DNA of 58,057 nt, filler included, from Squatina squatina (GCA_031763465.1; 3 parts of 3 records of this genome joined end to end with filler, not necessarily neighbours in it); one strand, 5' to 3'. Shown: positions 1 through 13,338, counted from the whole stretch's first letter. Program-made: numbers and translations. Notes: generated from the sequence alone by a model not told the origin.

Positions 1-249
1 AATGTTGTAGGTTTGCTCCATGATGTTCAACCATTCTGTGGTCTGCAACAACCATAACCTCGACATACCGAGGGTATGACAAAAAACGCTTTGTTCGTTT
101 GTGACTTTCTGCTCCAGTGGTATGGTTATCGACGCCAGCTAAATTGTGCATTGTAATACTATTTTTGAGGCTGTCCAGATCGGACAAAGTATTGCTGGAT
201 AGTCCTTTATTCCATTTCCTTTTGTTTTTATTTTGGTTATGTTTATGAC
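1..249 (-). CDS. ADAMTS9: ADAMTS9 exon (end of prodomain, furin site, start of metalloprotease domain); runs off window start
   Basis: Acceptor ...ctctctttggatcatAG at 250-251. Manual translation HKHNQNKNKRKWNKGL...HKRTKRFLSYPRYVEVMVVADHRMVEHHGANLQH. RTKR|FLSYPR matches ADAMTS9 better than ADAMTS20 (RKKRLISYPR). Not in the ORF track. Confidence 0.85.
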
Positions 250-1304
250 CTATGATCCAAAGAGAGGGAGAAAAAAAATCCTAAAAACACCTTTTTAACT
301 GATGTTAAAAGTAGAACAATTCAAAATATTAAATGGTACACCAGCTTGTTCAAGACAGAGGAAAGTAACTGAAACAAATAAAATATATTGTTTCTGTGAC
401 ATTCATCACATTCCTGAACGAAAGCATATTCAAGTATCTTTTAATAAACATTTGCCCAACTATAAGACTTAAGAGGATAGAAAATCAGCAAAATATGTCC
501 ATATATTTTTCCTAAAATTTAGACTTCATATGATTTTTGTGTTTCTGAGAATTCAGTACAGGAATGAAACAATTTTTAATATCAAATCTTCCCATCCAAA
601 TCAGCTACTCAACAATCAAAGGTACCCAGCACCTCACATAGGGATGTGGAATTTTAGAATGACTTATTGTTACACACATGGGTAACTGTTGAGAGCTCAT
701 TAATACTGAAGAACATTGAACTAATTGGACTTAAATAGTTTATCTCAGTAGCACATGGGTGTGTTTCATGTCTCAGCTAATAATCCAGCTAATCAATGCA
801 ATCTAAGGTGGTTTTACTTCCTGCAGAAGAAATCACCCGATTTGGGTTNNNNNNNNNNNNNNNNNNNNNNNNNNNNNNNNNNNNNNNNNNNNNNNNNNNN
901 NNNNNNNNNNNNNNNNNNNNNNNNNNNNNNNNNNNNNNNNNNNNNNNNTCCAGAATTATACTGTAACAGGAAGAAGATTATCAAAGAAACACTTAAGGAT
1001 ACAAATGGGTTGAAACTGAGGATGAGATAAAATAGTTCCAAGTGATTACTTCCTGAGAATATTCTCCAGGGAAGGCACTTGTCGTTTTCCACTCATAAGA
1101 GGTTCTACAAGTAAACTTAATAACTGACGGACTCAAACTCAATAAATCCCTTGGGGTAGATAATATATACCCAAGTGTATTAAGTGGGATTAAGGATTAA
1201 ATCTATAAATTGCTAATGGCCATCTTGAGTCAATTAATACAGGGGAGAATGCATTATACTGGAGACATTTTTGAAAATGCTGACAATCCTTGATAACTAC
1301 AGAT

Positions 1305-1860
1305 ATTGGAGCTGAAATTTCAATCCCATCGGGTCCCTCCGGGTGCATATGATGTGTGCACTCACCTGTAGGGACCCCGCAATTCCCGATCTAGGGCTGC
1401 ACTGCACATGCCCATAGATTCAGAACTTGGACAGGAAAAGAGCTTTCCTGGGCGGAGTGTTGCGCTATTTGCCCAACTCTTGCCCATAGAAAGCGCTTCA
1501 ATTTTTTACACACGGTAAAAGCAAGTGTACACGCTTACTTTTACCGGCATAAGAGTTCTTAAAAATGTAAAAATAAAATAAATTTGTGCTACATTGTTCA
1601 AAAACCATGTCCATTAAGGTATATTTTTAGACATTTAAAAAAAAGTTTGTATTATTTATCTAATTATATATCATTTTATTCAATTTTAATGTTTCAGTAG
1701 TTTTAAAATGTATTTTAAGTGCTTGTGCAGTTTTACGATCTCCCATTCAGACTTCTACTGATCTCCACATATGGCAGAGATCAGCAGGAGCATGAATGGG
1801 AGATACTCCTACCTGATTGGTTGGGGTCTCCCATGTGATCTCACCAGTGTATGCGAACCG
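1305..1860. mobile_element. Degenerate non-autonomous DNA transposon-like repeat
   Basis: Begins ggagctgaaatttc, resembling termini of the other Harbinger/MITE-like elements in the window. GC-rich subterminal block followed by an AT-rich core. Confidence 0.35.
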
Positions 1861-1870
1861 CCTACACTGA

Positions 1871-1977
1871 TTCAAAAGGGAGTTAGATGTGGCCCTTACA
1901 GCAAGGGGGATCGGGGGTATGGAGAGAAAGCAGGTACGGGGTACTGAGTTGAAAGATCAGCCATGATCGTGTTGAAT
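1871..1977 (+). mobile_element. CR1 LINE 3' fragment
   Basis: ttcaaaagggagttagat...gggtatggagagaaagcagg...gatcagccatgatc, typical CR1 ORF2 end and 3' UTR; similar to 15106-15330. Confidence 0.7.
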
Positions 1978-2077
1978 NNNNNNNNNNNNNNNNNNNNNNN
2001 NNNNNNNNNNNNNNNNNNNNNNNNNNNNNNNNNNNNNNNNNNNNNNNNNNNNNNNNNNNNNNNNNNNNNNNNNNNNN

Positions 2078-2405
2078 GTGTGCTCTGGTTTAGCATTGAC
2101 ATGTCCTGTGTAGAAGCAGTGCTTCGTGTCAGTGCCCTCTTCTCCAAAGTCTGTAAGATTCGCCTGTATTCCAAGGTGTGTAACGGTAAATATCGGCGCA
2201 ATAAATCCAGAGTCGGCAGTCAGGTTGAGGTGAAAAAATTGCCCAAATGCACTAATTCTGTAGTGGGTTACGAAGGCCCAGAGGTCGGTATCAACGCTTC
2301 GTTTTCTCCTTCTGAAATGCATCGTGTTTGGGAAAGGTTCCCCAAACTCGGTCACTCGAGTGGGAGTTACGATTTCATAAACCGTCAGCTGCTCTCGTAG
2401 TTTAG
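2078..2405 (-). CDS. ADAMTS9: ADAMTS9 exon 2 (prodomain); 3' end lost in gap
   Basis: Acceptor ttttatcttgtttcAG (2406-2407). Translation [37 protein letters not shown]...[24 protein letters not shown]...[10 protein letters not shown], typical of the ADAMTS9/20 propeptide. Confidence 0.85.
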
Positions 2406-2588
2406 CTGAAACAAGATAAAATCCCGATGTAACATATGGGACATCACCACAAATTAATGCCTCAATGTGTATAATATCAACCAACTGCTTTGTTAAATGT
2501 TTGTTTTATTTTTAAATATATATATATACAATAAAGTTTTGCAACACAAGGTAGATAATGCATAGCTCACAATACAGTCAAGTATTAC

Positions 2589-2670
2589 CTTGTCTTTGGT
2601 ACATTTGTGGTGTTCCTTCTATACTGAAGACGAAAAGTAACGTTACCCCTACCCAAAACACAAGATGCAT
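2589..2670 (-). CDS. ADAMTS9: ADAMTS9 exon 1 coding part (signal peptide)
   Basis: ATG at 2670 gives MHLVFWVGVTLLFVFSIEGTPQMYQRQ, then donor G|GTAATA. The phase-1 junction joins exon 2 in frame (RQ-AKL, compare human HPRQ-VKL). Intron is 183 bp. Confidence 0.8.
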
Positions 2671-4291
2671 GATTACCGACTGTGCACAGAAAGCCCTCAC
2701 CACAAGTCAACCACTGTAACTTAGCACTCGGAACTTTCATTCAATTTATCCTCGATTGAACAGTGCTGTGGNNNNNNNNNNNNNNNNNNNNNNNNNNNNN
2801 NNNNNNNNNNNNNNNNNNNNNNNNNNNNNNNNNNNNNNNNNNNNNNNNNNNNNNNNNNNNNNNNNNNNNNNNNNNNNNNNNNNNNNNNNNNNNNNNNNNN
2901 NNNNNNNNNNNNNNNNNNNNNNNNNNNNNNNNNNNNNNNNNNNNNNNNNNNNNNNNNNNNNNNNNNNNNNNNNNNNNNNNNNNNNNNNNNNNNNNNNNNN
3001 NNNNNNNNNNNNNNNNNNNNNNNNNNNNNNNNNNNNNNNNNNNNNNNNNNNNNNNNNNNNNCAATGGTATGCAAGACTGGGTCTGCCGGGCGGATACTAA
3101 TCAAGTGCTGGTTCGTTTTTTTTACGAACCTTTCCCTCTCCAGTCCCAAACTGTAGAAATATTTAAAACAATATACAAGTCACTGGAGCAGGAAAACCAT
3201 CTCAGTTGTAGATACTTTGGCAATCATTGTAAATCAAAACAGACAATTAATAAACTAAAATATTTAACATGAGCCTTTCAGTGTTTTTCCTCTGAACTCA
3301 GAATTGTCATTATCTCGGACTGTCACACAAGATTACGAGCTTAAAAAAAAAGTTGTATAAGTTTTTACATAAACTTAAATTTCACAAATGTAAGGAAAAA
3401 AACATTAAAATCTGAACTGAGAGTTTTTTCTTTACAGTGCTGTGAAATGTATTGTACTTGGTTTAACATATGAAGAGGAATTTAAACAATCATAAATCAT
3501 AACAAATCCATAAAGAACCAAACTCCATGGAGCAAAAAAAATCCGTTTGAAAGGACGCGGGAGTGTTTACTTGTTCGTTATCTGTTGACTTTCTCTGGTT
3601 AGGTCTTGAAATGCAGGAAATGCTCANNNNNNNNNNNNNNNNNNNNNNNNNNNNNNNNNNNNNNNNNNNNNNNNNNNNNNNNNNNNNNNNNNNNNNNNNN
3701 NNNNNNNNNNNNNNNNNNNNNNNNNNTGCTGGAGAGGAATGGCATCGTAAGAATAAAATAGAAAGAAAAAAATCTAATGTTAAATATGCTGCTCAAAATA
3801 ACTAGGTAAAACACAGTTTAAATAAGTTATAATATTGCCACTTATATATGGTGCAAGAGAAAAAAGATAACAGCAGCACCAACTCCCACTGAGCTACTTT
3901 ACTGCAGCAAAATGATCAATTAGGTACAATAGTCAATGAAATACAAAACTGGATGAAACAATACTGGAAGAGGATGCAGGACAGAATAATAACATAAGGC
4001 AAGAGATAAGATTCAACAGGACAAGAACAATTGGTAAGATTTTGTGATATGGTATCAACTGGGCAGATGCAATATTAAACAAATGATACTGAACTGCTCA
4101 CTGATAACATAGTAAGAATATCTCAATTATTTCAGGATCAACGCTTGGAAATAGATGAAATCAGGTTAAAAACATTTTAGGAGGCATTTCTCACATGGTA
4201 GTATCTTTCAGTAAATTTATGTAAAGTAAAAGGATAAGTTGGTAATCTGATTACATTATTAATCTTAAAAACTAATTGAATCTGAACTTAC

Positions 4292-4470
4292 ATTGCTGCA
4301 GACAAAATGGCTGCTATAGAGCATACTTGTCCCACAGCTAATGTGGGAACAGTTTCTTTTGAGTGTGCCACTCCAGGAATTGAGCCTTCCCAAAATCTCT
4401 TCAATTCGTTAATTGTATCTCCATAAACTTTATTGAAACTAAGTAGAAGGGCATGATGCAGCGAGGTTCT
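4292..4470 (-). CDS. Putative internal exon of an unidentified gene
   Basis: Strong acceptor (gtcttttctttccAG) and donor (GTAAGT). 179 nt, open in one frame only: RTSLHHALLLSFNKVYGDTINELKRFWEGSIPGVAHSKETVPTLAVGQVCSIAAILSAA. Family not recognised. Confidence 0.5.
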
Positions 4471-6375
4471 CTGGAAAGAAAAGACAGAATGTCACACTAA
4501 CAGAAATAGGTAAATACTAAAAGAAACTCTGATAATGAGAAGACAAATTCAGTGTGGTTTGAAACATAAATGTCTATCTTTTCTGGGGTATTGCAGTATT
4601 TAAGTGGATTTAATATTGCAAATGTATGCTATCTTTACCATAAGTTTAGAATTTCCACTCTGCTCCAGTCACTGTCTACGATGTTTACTCCCAGAACGAT
4701 TAATCTCCTAATGCATTGGCAGAGCAATAGGAAAATGTTTACTTATAATTTTACTGAAAACTTACAGAAATAATGACTTCCTGTAGTGTAAAAGTCCATT
4801 CAAATTGCTTATGTTACAGATGCTTTACACCAACAAGATGATAAACCATAAAAGATTGACTTGCATTTATATAGAGCCTTTGCCTACCTCAGGACATCTC
4901 AAAGCATTTACAGTCAGTGATGTACTTTTGAAATGTAGTCATTGTTGTAAAATGACCAATTTATAATTTTGAAAGCAATGTACAATAATTGTTAGTTTTA
5001 GTACATAATTTGGAGATTATATTTAAGAATTGCACAGTGAGTTAAAACAGTAAATATCATTTACTGTAACGTCAGCCAATCATTTATGTGCTGTAAAGGT
5101 ATTAGTCACTCCATGTCTAGCTGAATAAATGAGAGAACAAGAGGGAGACTAATAACCTGTCACCCTGCATGCCATTCCTAACAGTAAAATTACTTACACC
5201 ATGGAAAACCTTGGGTGCTGGAACTCTTGTCCAGAACAGAAAGTATTTCAATTGAAAACGAACCCCCTCCTCATACTCAGCTTCTCCTTTTGATTAAAAC
5301 TGTTGAGCAGTTTATGTAATGTTTTCTCTAAAGTTCGACAATTAAAATGTTGTTTTCGATACTTAATTGAAGAATTTAACGAACTTATTTCCATAAACCT
5401 TCCTCCCAAGGTCCTTTGGCACCTTGATATTTTCCGAAGGAGTTTCAGACAGCTAACCACTCACAAATGTATGGGAGATTCCTGCATCTTCTGTGCTCTC
5501 AAGGTAGGAGCTTTGTACTTTGCTGTCTTTATTGTAATTTAAAATTTGTTTCAGTAATAATTTAAAGTTATTAACTGTTGCTATTTGTTTTGCTTTACAT
5601 CCATGATAAAAAATTGTGTGGAATGTTTCAAAAATTGTTTTTCATAGTTGGCCTTTTAGAGCAGTCTGCTCCGTCATGATTGGGTTAAGGCAGCAAGTAG
5701 CTGAGGCATACAGACCAGCTGAGAGTGGTGAATTCAGCACAGACCAGGCATCCACACTATGACCTTGTCTTTGGTCTTGATGCCACATCACTGTCTATTA
5801 CCCATTTGAGAGCCTGCCAATATTTCTTTATATATAGCTTCGGCTGTAAATTTTTTAAACTTAAAAAGCTTCCCTCCAAGAAAATATTTCAAAATGGTGA
5901 CCACAAAACTAACTTGGCCTTGTTTACAATGATGTAGTTTCAGTTATTAACAATTAGACTGAATTTCCTTTGGATTTGCTGATGAAATAAAAGATTAGTC
6001 TGATAAAATTACCGCGTGTCTTTGCCAATCAATTCATTTGAACATTGCATGAGGATGGAAGAAATACTGCTGCAGTGACCGACAGTGTTTCATGTTTTGC
6101 ACAGGATGTGCTATGATTTGATATTGAACATTATATACAACAAATGATTTGACCACAAAATGAGTGAAGTCTATTAGAACAAATTTGATCTAGTTTGGGC
6201 TACATTTACCCTTATTGCCAAATATTTATTTAAAGACCGTTGACTTGAATTTATATGTCCCGAACCTGAAAGATGNNNNNNNNNNNNNNNNNNNNNNNNN
6301 NNNNNNNNNNNNNNNNNNNNNNNNNNNNNNNNNNNNNNNNNNNNNNNNNNNNNNNNNNNNNNNNNNNNNNNNNNN

Positions 6376-6850
6376 TGCATCCAGGTCCTCAGGGCTGCAC
6401 TGCTTGCATTGACAGCGATGGCGATCTGCTCCCATTCCCTTCTCAGCATCTGTCTGGAGGGCTTCCTGCCCCTCATGGATACAGGACATCTCTCTTCCTG
6501 TCCACCTCCTGCACCAGGGCCTCAAGTGCTGCATCAGAAAATCTGGGAGCACACTTTCTGCCATGTTGCGCCATCTTCACTTTTCCTGTAGGTCACACAC
6601 TCTTCTACAACAACTTCCAGTACCTGCTGCAGCCAGAATGCTACACCCTTTAAGAGGTGCAGGCTGGCTTTAAGAACTGCAGGCTAGCTTTAACTGAGCC
6701 CCCTGCTCTGCGTGCAGCCACTCCACAACACGTTTATTGCTGGGCTGCATGCGCTTATAATAATTAACTTACATTACTTTGAACGGGCACAGGTTATTTG
6801 AGCATGACGATCTCCGCACCCGTTTTCAGGGGCTATCCAATTTTTAGTCC
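6376..6850 (-). mobile_element. PIF/Harbinger remnant with decayed Myb/SANT-like ORF
   Basis: From ATG 6574: MAQHGRKCAPRFSDAALEALVQEVDRKRDVLYP*, then frameshifted RKPSRQMLRREWEQIAIAVNASSAALRTWM. This is the PRFS...L...W...RTW pattern of Harbinger Myb/SANT-like DNA-binding proteins. Confidence 0.7.
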
Positions 6851-7854
6851 ACTATATTTATGCAGTAACCAAAACAGCAGTGGTATAGTCAAGGTTTCAA
6901 AGTTATTGTGGGAGTCCACCTCGATCATTAGTTAATGTACAGTAATCTTTTAGAAAAATGTTGTTTGGGAGAAATAGTGATGTTATAGTACAGAAATATT
7001 TATTATTTTTGATGCTGGAGTAGTTTCTAAATATTACTTGGAGTAGCCAAGAGTGTATTTCAGACTTTCTTTTTCAGATTTTTATTACTGCTACTGAAAT
7101 ATTGCTGTCATAATTTATTTTATTTCATTAACTGTCAGCTGTTACTAATATACATATTACCATAGTATCTTGAAAATCTCATCCTGGGATAGACCTAATG
7201 ATGACTCACTTACATCAGTCAAACTTATTCTTGGAATTAGCCTTTATCTCTTGCACACAAGTAAACACAATATTTTGGACATTCACTGAAATCCAGTCTT
7301 AGCCAATTTAAGGGTCATATGGAATAGCAGTTGGATGTTCGGGAATTCCCAACTGGCCAAATTCTATTGCATTTAGTGAGGAACTGGATATTGGATTTTA
7401 TGTAATTTTCACAAGAATATGTTATCCACTTTCTTTCCAGTATCAGAAGACTATTCCATTCAGATTAGAAACAGTTTTCCCAGCTGATAAGCTGATTATA
7501 GAGCAAAGTCAGCAGACAATATAATTCAATGCTCTCCACTTACTCCATTTCAAAAATAGCACATGCTAAAAACCAGCACCAACGATATAGCTATACCACT
7601 AAATTGCAGACTGCGCAAACAAACACAGGCAATTCTCTTTCATAAAATAGTTAAAAGCTAAAATCTATGGAGCCTTTTCATTTGCATTTTATCAATTTGC
7701 ATTGTTCTGTGCTCATGCTAGTGCAGTAGTTTAAACACGTCATGATCCAGCGACTTATTTAAAATACAATGTGTTACAGTGAGAAACAGAATGAGCTTGT
7801 AGGATGTGCACGAATGTGAAACAAATGTAGCACAAAAAGCAAAATATTACATAT

Positions 7855-7900
7855 GTTGGAAACCTGATATAAAAACAGAAAATGTTGGAAACACTCAGCA
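7855..7900 (-). mobile_element. Tail of a Penelope-like short repeat (partial)
   Basis: Reverse complement tgctgagtgtttccaacattttctgtttttat resembles the end of 12476-12570. Confidence 0.4.
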
Positions 7901-10900
7901 NNNNNNNNNNNNNNNNNNNNNNNNNNNNNNNNNNNNNNNNNNNNNNNNNNNNNNNNNNNNNNNNNNNNNNNNNNNNNNNNNNNNNNNNNNNNNNNNNNNN
8001 ACCCACTGTAAATTTGGGGCCAACCTATCTTAGCCTCTTTAAATAAATGCTAGGAAGAATAAATTAACTTATTGGACATGTTTTAAAGTAATTTGAATCA
8101 TAAGGCTTCTCTTCAATTGCTAAGCTTAGGTCACATTTGTAACCTATAACTAAACTGTTCATTTTTAACATCAAAGTGTATCATAATGTATCTGCATTTT
8201 TTAAACAGACAGTCTTTAAGGGATCCACTCAATGTTATTTTCATTTATACAGGCTAGTAATGCAAGCCTACCTGTTGCAATTTTCACACTAGATGCATTT
8301 AACAGTGGCCAGTTTGAAAGGATTATAATTTCTTGTGGGACTAACTGCAGTTCATAGTGAGCATTACAGTAAAAACAGATCTGACTGAATTGTTTAAAAA
8401 TACCTAAATAGGTTAGTATTTAAACCACTCAACATACCATATATCACCCAACTTTAAATAGCTGATCATCCAACCAGAGATCAGTAAGGAAAATGTCATG
8501 GTGACACAAATGTCTTTTGAAGGCTTACACAACAGGGAATGAATCTGATTTACAATAAAGTTGAGGGATGTATTTAATTTCTATGTCTGTTGTACAAAAG
8601 GCAAACAAGCTTAATACCGTCAGCAGGAAACATGCATGTGTTCAACATNNNNNNNNNNNNNNNNNNNNNNNNNNNNNNNNNNNNNNNNNNNNNNNNNNNN
8701 NNNNNNNNNNNNNNNNNNNNNNNNNNNNNNNNNNNNNNNNNNNNNNNNNNNNNNNNNNNNNNNNNNNNNNNNNNNNNNNNNNNNNNNNNNNNNNNNNNNN
8801 NNNNNNNNNNNNNNNNNNNNNNNNNNNNNNNNNNNNNNNNNNNNNNNNNNNNNNNGCTGTGTGCAGATGACATTTTCACAGCAGTAACTAAACCATGCCA
8901 AGAACCTCTTAGAGGACTAAACAATTTTTTTTAAGCAAGAGCTCTTAAAGAGCAGGAATTCTGCCAGTCGGTCACTGAACCAACGTTGTAAAAGAAGAGT
9001 TTTCATTCTCACTGTCTCGCCATTAGGTATTATCAACATGTGTTCCATTACTTTTCTCAACGTAAGATATCTGAATTAAATATTAACATCAGTTTTTAAA
9101 ATTGCTGCACCAATAGTAATTCACTGAAACATACAAGCAGAATTAATTTGTTAATCCTTTCACGTCTCCACAGTCCCATATTACGGTGCTTTATCAGCAG
9201 CTTTCTGGTTAGATCATTATTTATGTCATGCGGCTCAAATCTTTCATTTTTTCCATAGTTGTTTTACAATTTAAAAATTAAAACCTTATTTAGACAAATA
9301 GATGTACTTGGTTTAAGTTAGTTTTGCATTTGTTGACAATTTATTAAGCGATCTGTTGAATCTATTGAAGCTGACATCAAAGGTAATGTGATATAATGGT
9401 ACTAAAATGTAACTGCAAATATGAACGGAAATAAATACAATTTGTTACTGGCCACAGTAAAACTGCATCCAAGGTCAAGCTGATCTCAATGCAATATTGT
9501 GCTGTCCTGTAAGTTGGAGTGCAGTGTATCAGGCGGCAGTGTGACAATCAGTAACACAATTTCCCTTGTCATCCTTTTTACTTTAAATATATGGGGGCTA
9601 AAATTCCATTTTGTTTTGCTGCAAAAGTGGTGTTCTAGGGTAGGCCATCCTAATTTGGGCTGCAAGTTAGATATGGTAGATTTACACCATTCCAAAATGC
9701 ACCCTGAAGATGCAGTCACTCCCAAGGTGGTGCATGTTTGCAAATGACAAGATAATGAGGGCAAAAACTACTAACTTAGAAATTCCATTATTTACACCAG
9801 AATTGCACTCGACACAAGTTAAGTCTATCCATAAGAGGGGAAAATTATCTGCATGACTTGTCAAACCAGGAAGTGCTTGAGTTCACAGTTTTTGAATGTC
9901 TGAAACAAAAGCAATTAGAAAAATCTTTTTCAGCTGTGCAACTAAAAAATAATTTGCAAACTGTCTTTCAGCAGTTTTTAGACAGGGAAATCTTTTTGAC
10001 TTTTTGTCCCNNNNNNNNNNNNNNNNNNNNNNNNNNNNNNNNNNNNNNNNNNNNNNNNNNNNNNNNNNNNNNNNNNNNNNNNNNNNNNNNNNNNNNNNNN
10101 NNNNNNNNNNAAGTTAGTGATAACAAAAAAACTCCAGTTGACAATAAGTTATAGCACAGTGTATAAAAAGTTCAAATAAATAATATGCCATAGTTTATAT
10201 TGCTTAGTATATATGCACTGAGTAGAATAGTTGAATGTTCGAAAGATTTATATCTCTTCATAATTGATCTCTTAAGGAATGGTAACAAAGTTGCTGAATA
10301 ATTCTCTATTTTATCCTGAGATATATGGGGTACATATTTACATATCAATCTATCAAAAATGTCAAGTGTCTTTCATTTTAAATAACATCGAGATAGGGCC
10401 CAAGAACAATAGTAAATGGACAACACAAATAAGGAATCATAGCATATGAGAAAAGCATTCTGTCTCGAATTCCTTTACATTCTGTCAGGCTAGCATATTT
10501 TAAGGCATTCACTAATCAATCCTTTTAACTTCAATTCCTCAACACTGTCAGTTCTATTTAAACAAACAAAAAATAATAGCCCTCCAATAAAATAGTGCAT
10601 AGGTTTGAACTATCATAGCCTCGTGTGTACTTCTGTTGTGTTGGGATGTGCCCTGCTCCATGACTTCTGCCCCAGATATATTGTGAGTTGGACCCCTAAT
10701 TCATCTTCCCACAATAATTTTAAATGGATCAAAGGAAGTAATATATTTGGAAAAGTGGGAGACTAATTACCCTTGTGTAAGTTTCTTATATGTGTTCTTT
10801 TAATATATAAAGAGATTGACAAAAATACTGCGTCGCTGCATTGCCATTTGTGGCTTGCAAATCTGTCACGGATTTGTTTTGTAAAATGAGTAGAAAGATT

Positions 10901-12475
10901 TGTTTGGTTTTTGATGAGTGAGCAGGAATTCACCCAGTACTGCTTTCTGTAGCCCTGTGATAATCTTTCTGAGGCAATAAGTGTGACAAATCAGTTAGAA
11001 CGGTTGAAACATGTTCTAAGGGGTGCTATTAGACAATACGTAGCTTTGTAATGCACAGATCTTTTGTGTCATAGAGAGCTGGCCTTGTTAGTATGTTGGT
11101 ATGCAAGTGAGGTGGAATAAATAGTATTAAAGTTGTTTTATTTACAGTTGTCAATATGCAACTTTCTCATTGTGCTGACTTTGTGCAGTAATACCTCCTT
11201 GAGCACCTATAGTCAGTGACAATGCTCTGTAGTTGCATACACATTACCATGCAATTTGTGTGGGAACGAATATACTCATCACTAATTTCACATTACAAAT
11301 GTGTTTTCATCGGGACTTACTGGAGAGGGAACAGGAATTGTAAATTGGCCCAAAATATCCAATAGTCAGCATTATTAGTCAGGATGGATATAAAAAATAT
11401 ATCATGATACATTTTTCTTTTAAGCGAGCACTATCAGAATATAATACATTCAAAATTAATACAGTTTTTGCCTTTTTAAATGTCTGTTTTCTTTCTTTTT
11501 TCTATATTCTGTCATCTATTTTTCTGTATCTTATCTGATTCTGCCTTTTCTGTCGTATTCTGTTTGTTTCTGTGTTTTGTAGAGCAGCAGGGGAGAAAAT
11601 CATTCTGGCAGAGAAGTATCCGAGCTGTTGGTGGTCAGGGAGAGATAAATGGTTACAACAAAGAGTAGGGCTGCTGGGGGGAGGGGGTAAAAAGGCCACA
11701 TAGAGTGCAGAGCTGCTTGGGAAGGAGGGAAGGCAAAATAAAAGACCACCGAACTATCAGACACAGCAGGGAGCAGAGGGAAAGCTGCATATAGATAGGA
11801 CCTAAGAAGCAAAAGCCATTTTGCAACAACAAATTATGTACATCAATAATATGTTATGCTTTAATGCTAGTAAGTGGATTGTCAATTCGGTGTTACAGAT
11901 TTGAACATTTGTAACATTGATGCTCTGAACTATGGACATCACAGTTTTTTACAATGGCAAAAACGAAAAAGTGATTCTTTTAGTTACAAAATGACTTTTT
12001 GTGTAAGTAAACTTTGTTGATTAGTTTATGGTATTAAATGTATCCGACTTGAACCATGTTCAATCAAAGGAATTTAAGACTTCTGAAAAATTATTTGTCG
12101 ATATTTTTAAATGTTGTAAGCTTGTATTTGAAAACAAGTTTACAATACATCATCATGCCACAAAAGAACATGTAGCATATGCTAAAATGGCTGTGCATAC
12201 GTATTGGTTGGGCTGGAACTCAGTGAGAAACAATTCACCTTATTGGTCAGTCTACAAATAGGACTGATGTTTTTCAACATGTCCATAAATACTTATAAAG
12301 ACCTAAAGTGTATAACTAAATTCAATAAGTTAAACAAGGTTATTACCTAGATNNNNNNNNNNNNNNNNNNNNNNNNNNNNNNNNNNNNNNNNNNNNNNNN
12401 NNNNNNNNNNNNNNNNNNNNNNNNNNNNNNNNNNNNNNNNNNNNNNNNNNNNGCACAAATGAAGATTAGACTTAC

Positions 12476-12570
12476 TTTGATGAAGGGTTAGTACCTAAAC
12501 CATTAACCTGTCTTCTGTCTTTCAGAAGCTGAGGGACTTGCTGTGCACTTCCAGCATTTTGTGTTTTTAT
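12476..12570 (+). mobile_element. Penelope-like terminal repeat fragment (degenerate)
   Basis: ttgatgaagggttagtacctaaaccattaacctgtc...gaagctgagggacttgctgtgcacttccagcattttgtgtttttat resembles a short repeat I recall from elasmobranch genomes that carries ctgacgaagggtc...gacctgaaacgttaac. Recognised from memory. Confidence 0.45.
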
Positions 12571-12748
12571 CTGCTTGTTATCTGCTTGCAGATGAACTAA
12601 TGACAGTGGATGGTAAACAAGTACAACTAAACATAACATGTAGCTTGCTTAAAAATTGTGAATAAATGTATCAATCTTTTAACAGATAACATTTGTCAAA
12701 CTTACAACATATGAAATGAAATAAAGGGGAGGAACTCTTAAGTTCACT

Positions 12749-12853
12749 GGGGAAAGACTTTACCTGGCTGCTGTTTGTAGTGAAATCATAAATGCAGGTC
12801 TAAAAAGCTCACTCATAATTTCACTACAAACATTAAAAGAGGAAATCTTCTCC
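12749..12853. mobile_element. Small palindromic MITE-like element
   Basis: Inverted arms tgtttgtagtgaaat (12772-12786) and atttcactacaaaca (12818-12832), with loosely inverted termini. Confidence 0.55.
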
Positions 12854-13338
12854 ACAGGAGTTGATTTGGGCTATTGGTTGTGCACTACCTCTGGCTCCAG
12901 TGAGTCTCTCCTCCCTTTTATTCATAACCTAAATTCCCATGGAGTTTCAAATCATTGTTCTTACAGCTGCTTCACCATTACGGAGGCATGCCTTTCACGG
13001 CTGGATGAAACAAGAATGGAGAGAACTCAGAGATGCTAACAACACTGGCCTCCTAACTGTCTTTCGGTCTAACACCATTATCCGAAGAATTTTGAATGAT
13101 CCCTGATTCAGGGCTACGACGGAGCAGGTTCCTTCCATAGATTGCAGAGTAATCGTATCTGGATCCCATGTATTTTGCTCATTTTATCAGATTTCCTTTC
13201 TCTTTTATAAGAAAGCAGACAATATGAAAAGACCACTTGACCTATCCATCCCATCCAAACGTCTATGTGCAGTATGCACTGTTGTGGGAAAGAAAGCAAG
13301 CTTTATGACCAATGGATTCCTTTTGATGTGGACTCATT

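Noticed and set aside
1-2670. Assignment as ADAMTS20
   Set aside because: The prodomain is compatible with either paralogue, but RTKRFLSYPR, VVAD.RMV and NLQH fit ADAMTS9 better; a phylogenetic tree would settle it.
12967-13107. Possible plus-strand terminal exon (ASPLRRHAFHGWMKQEWRELRD...)
   Set aside because: Short, unrecognised, and with only modest acceptor evidence.
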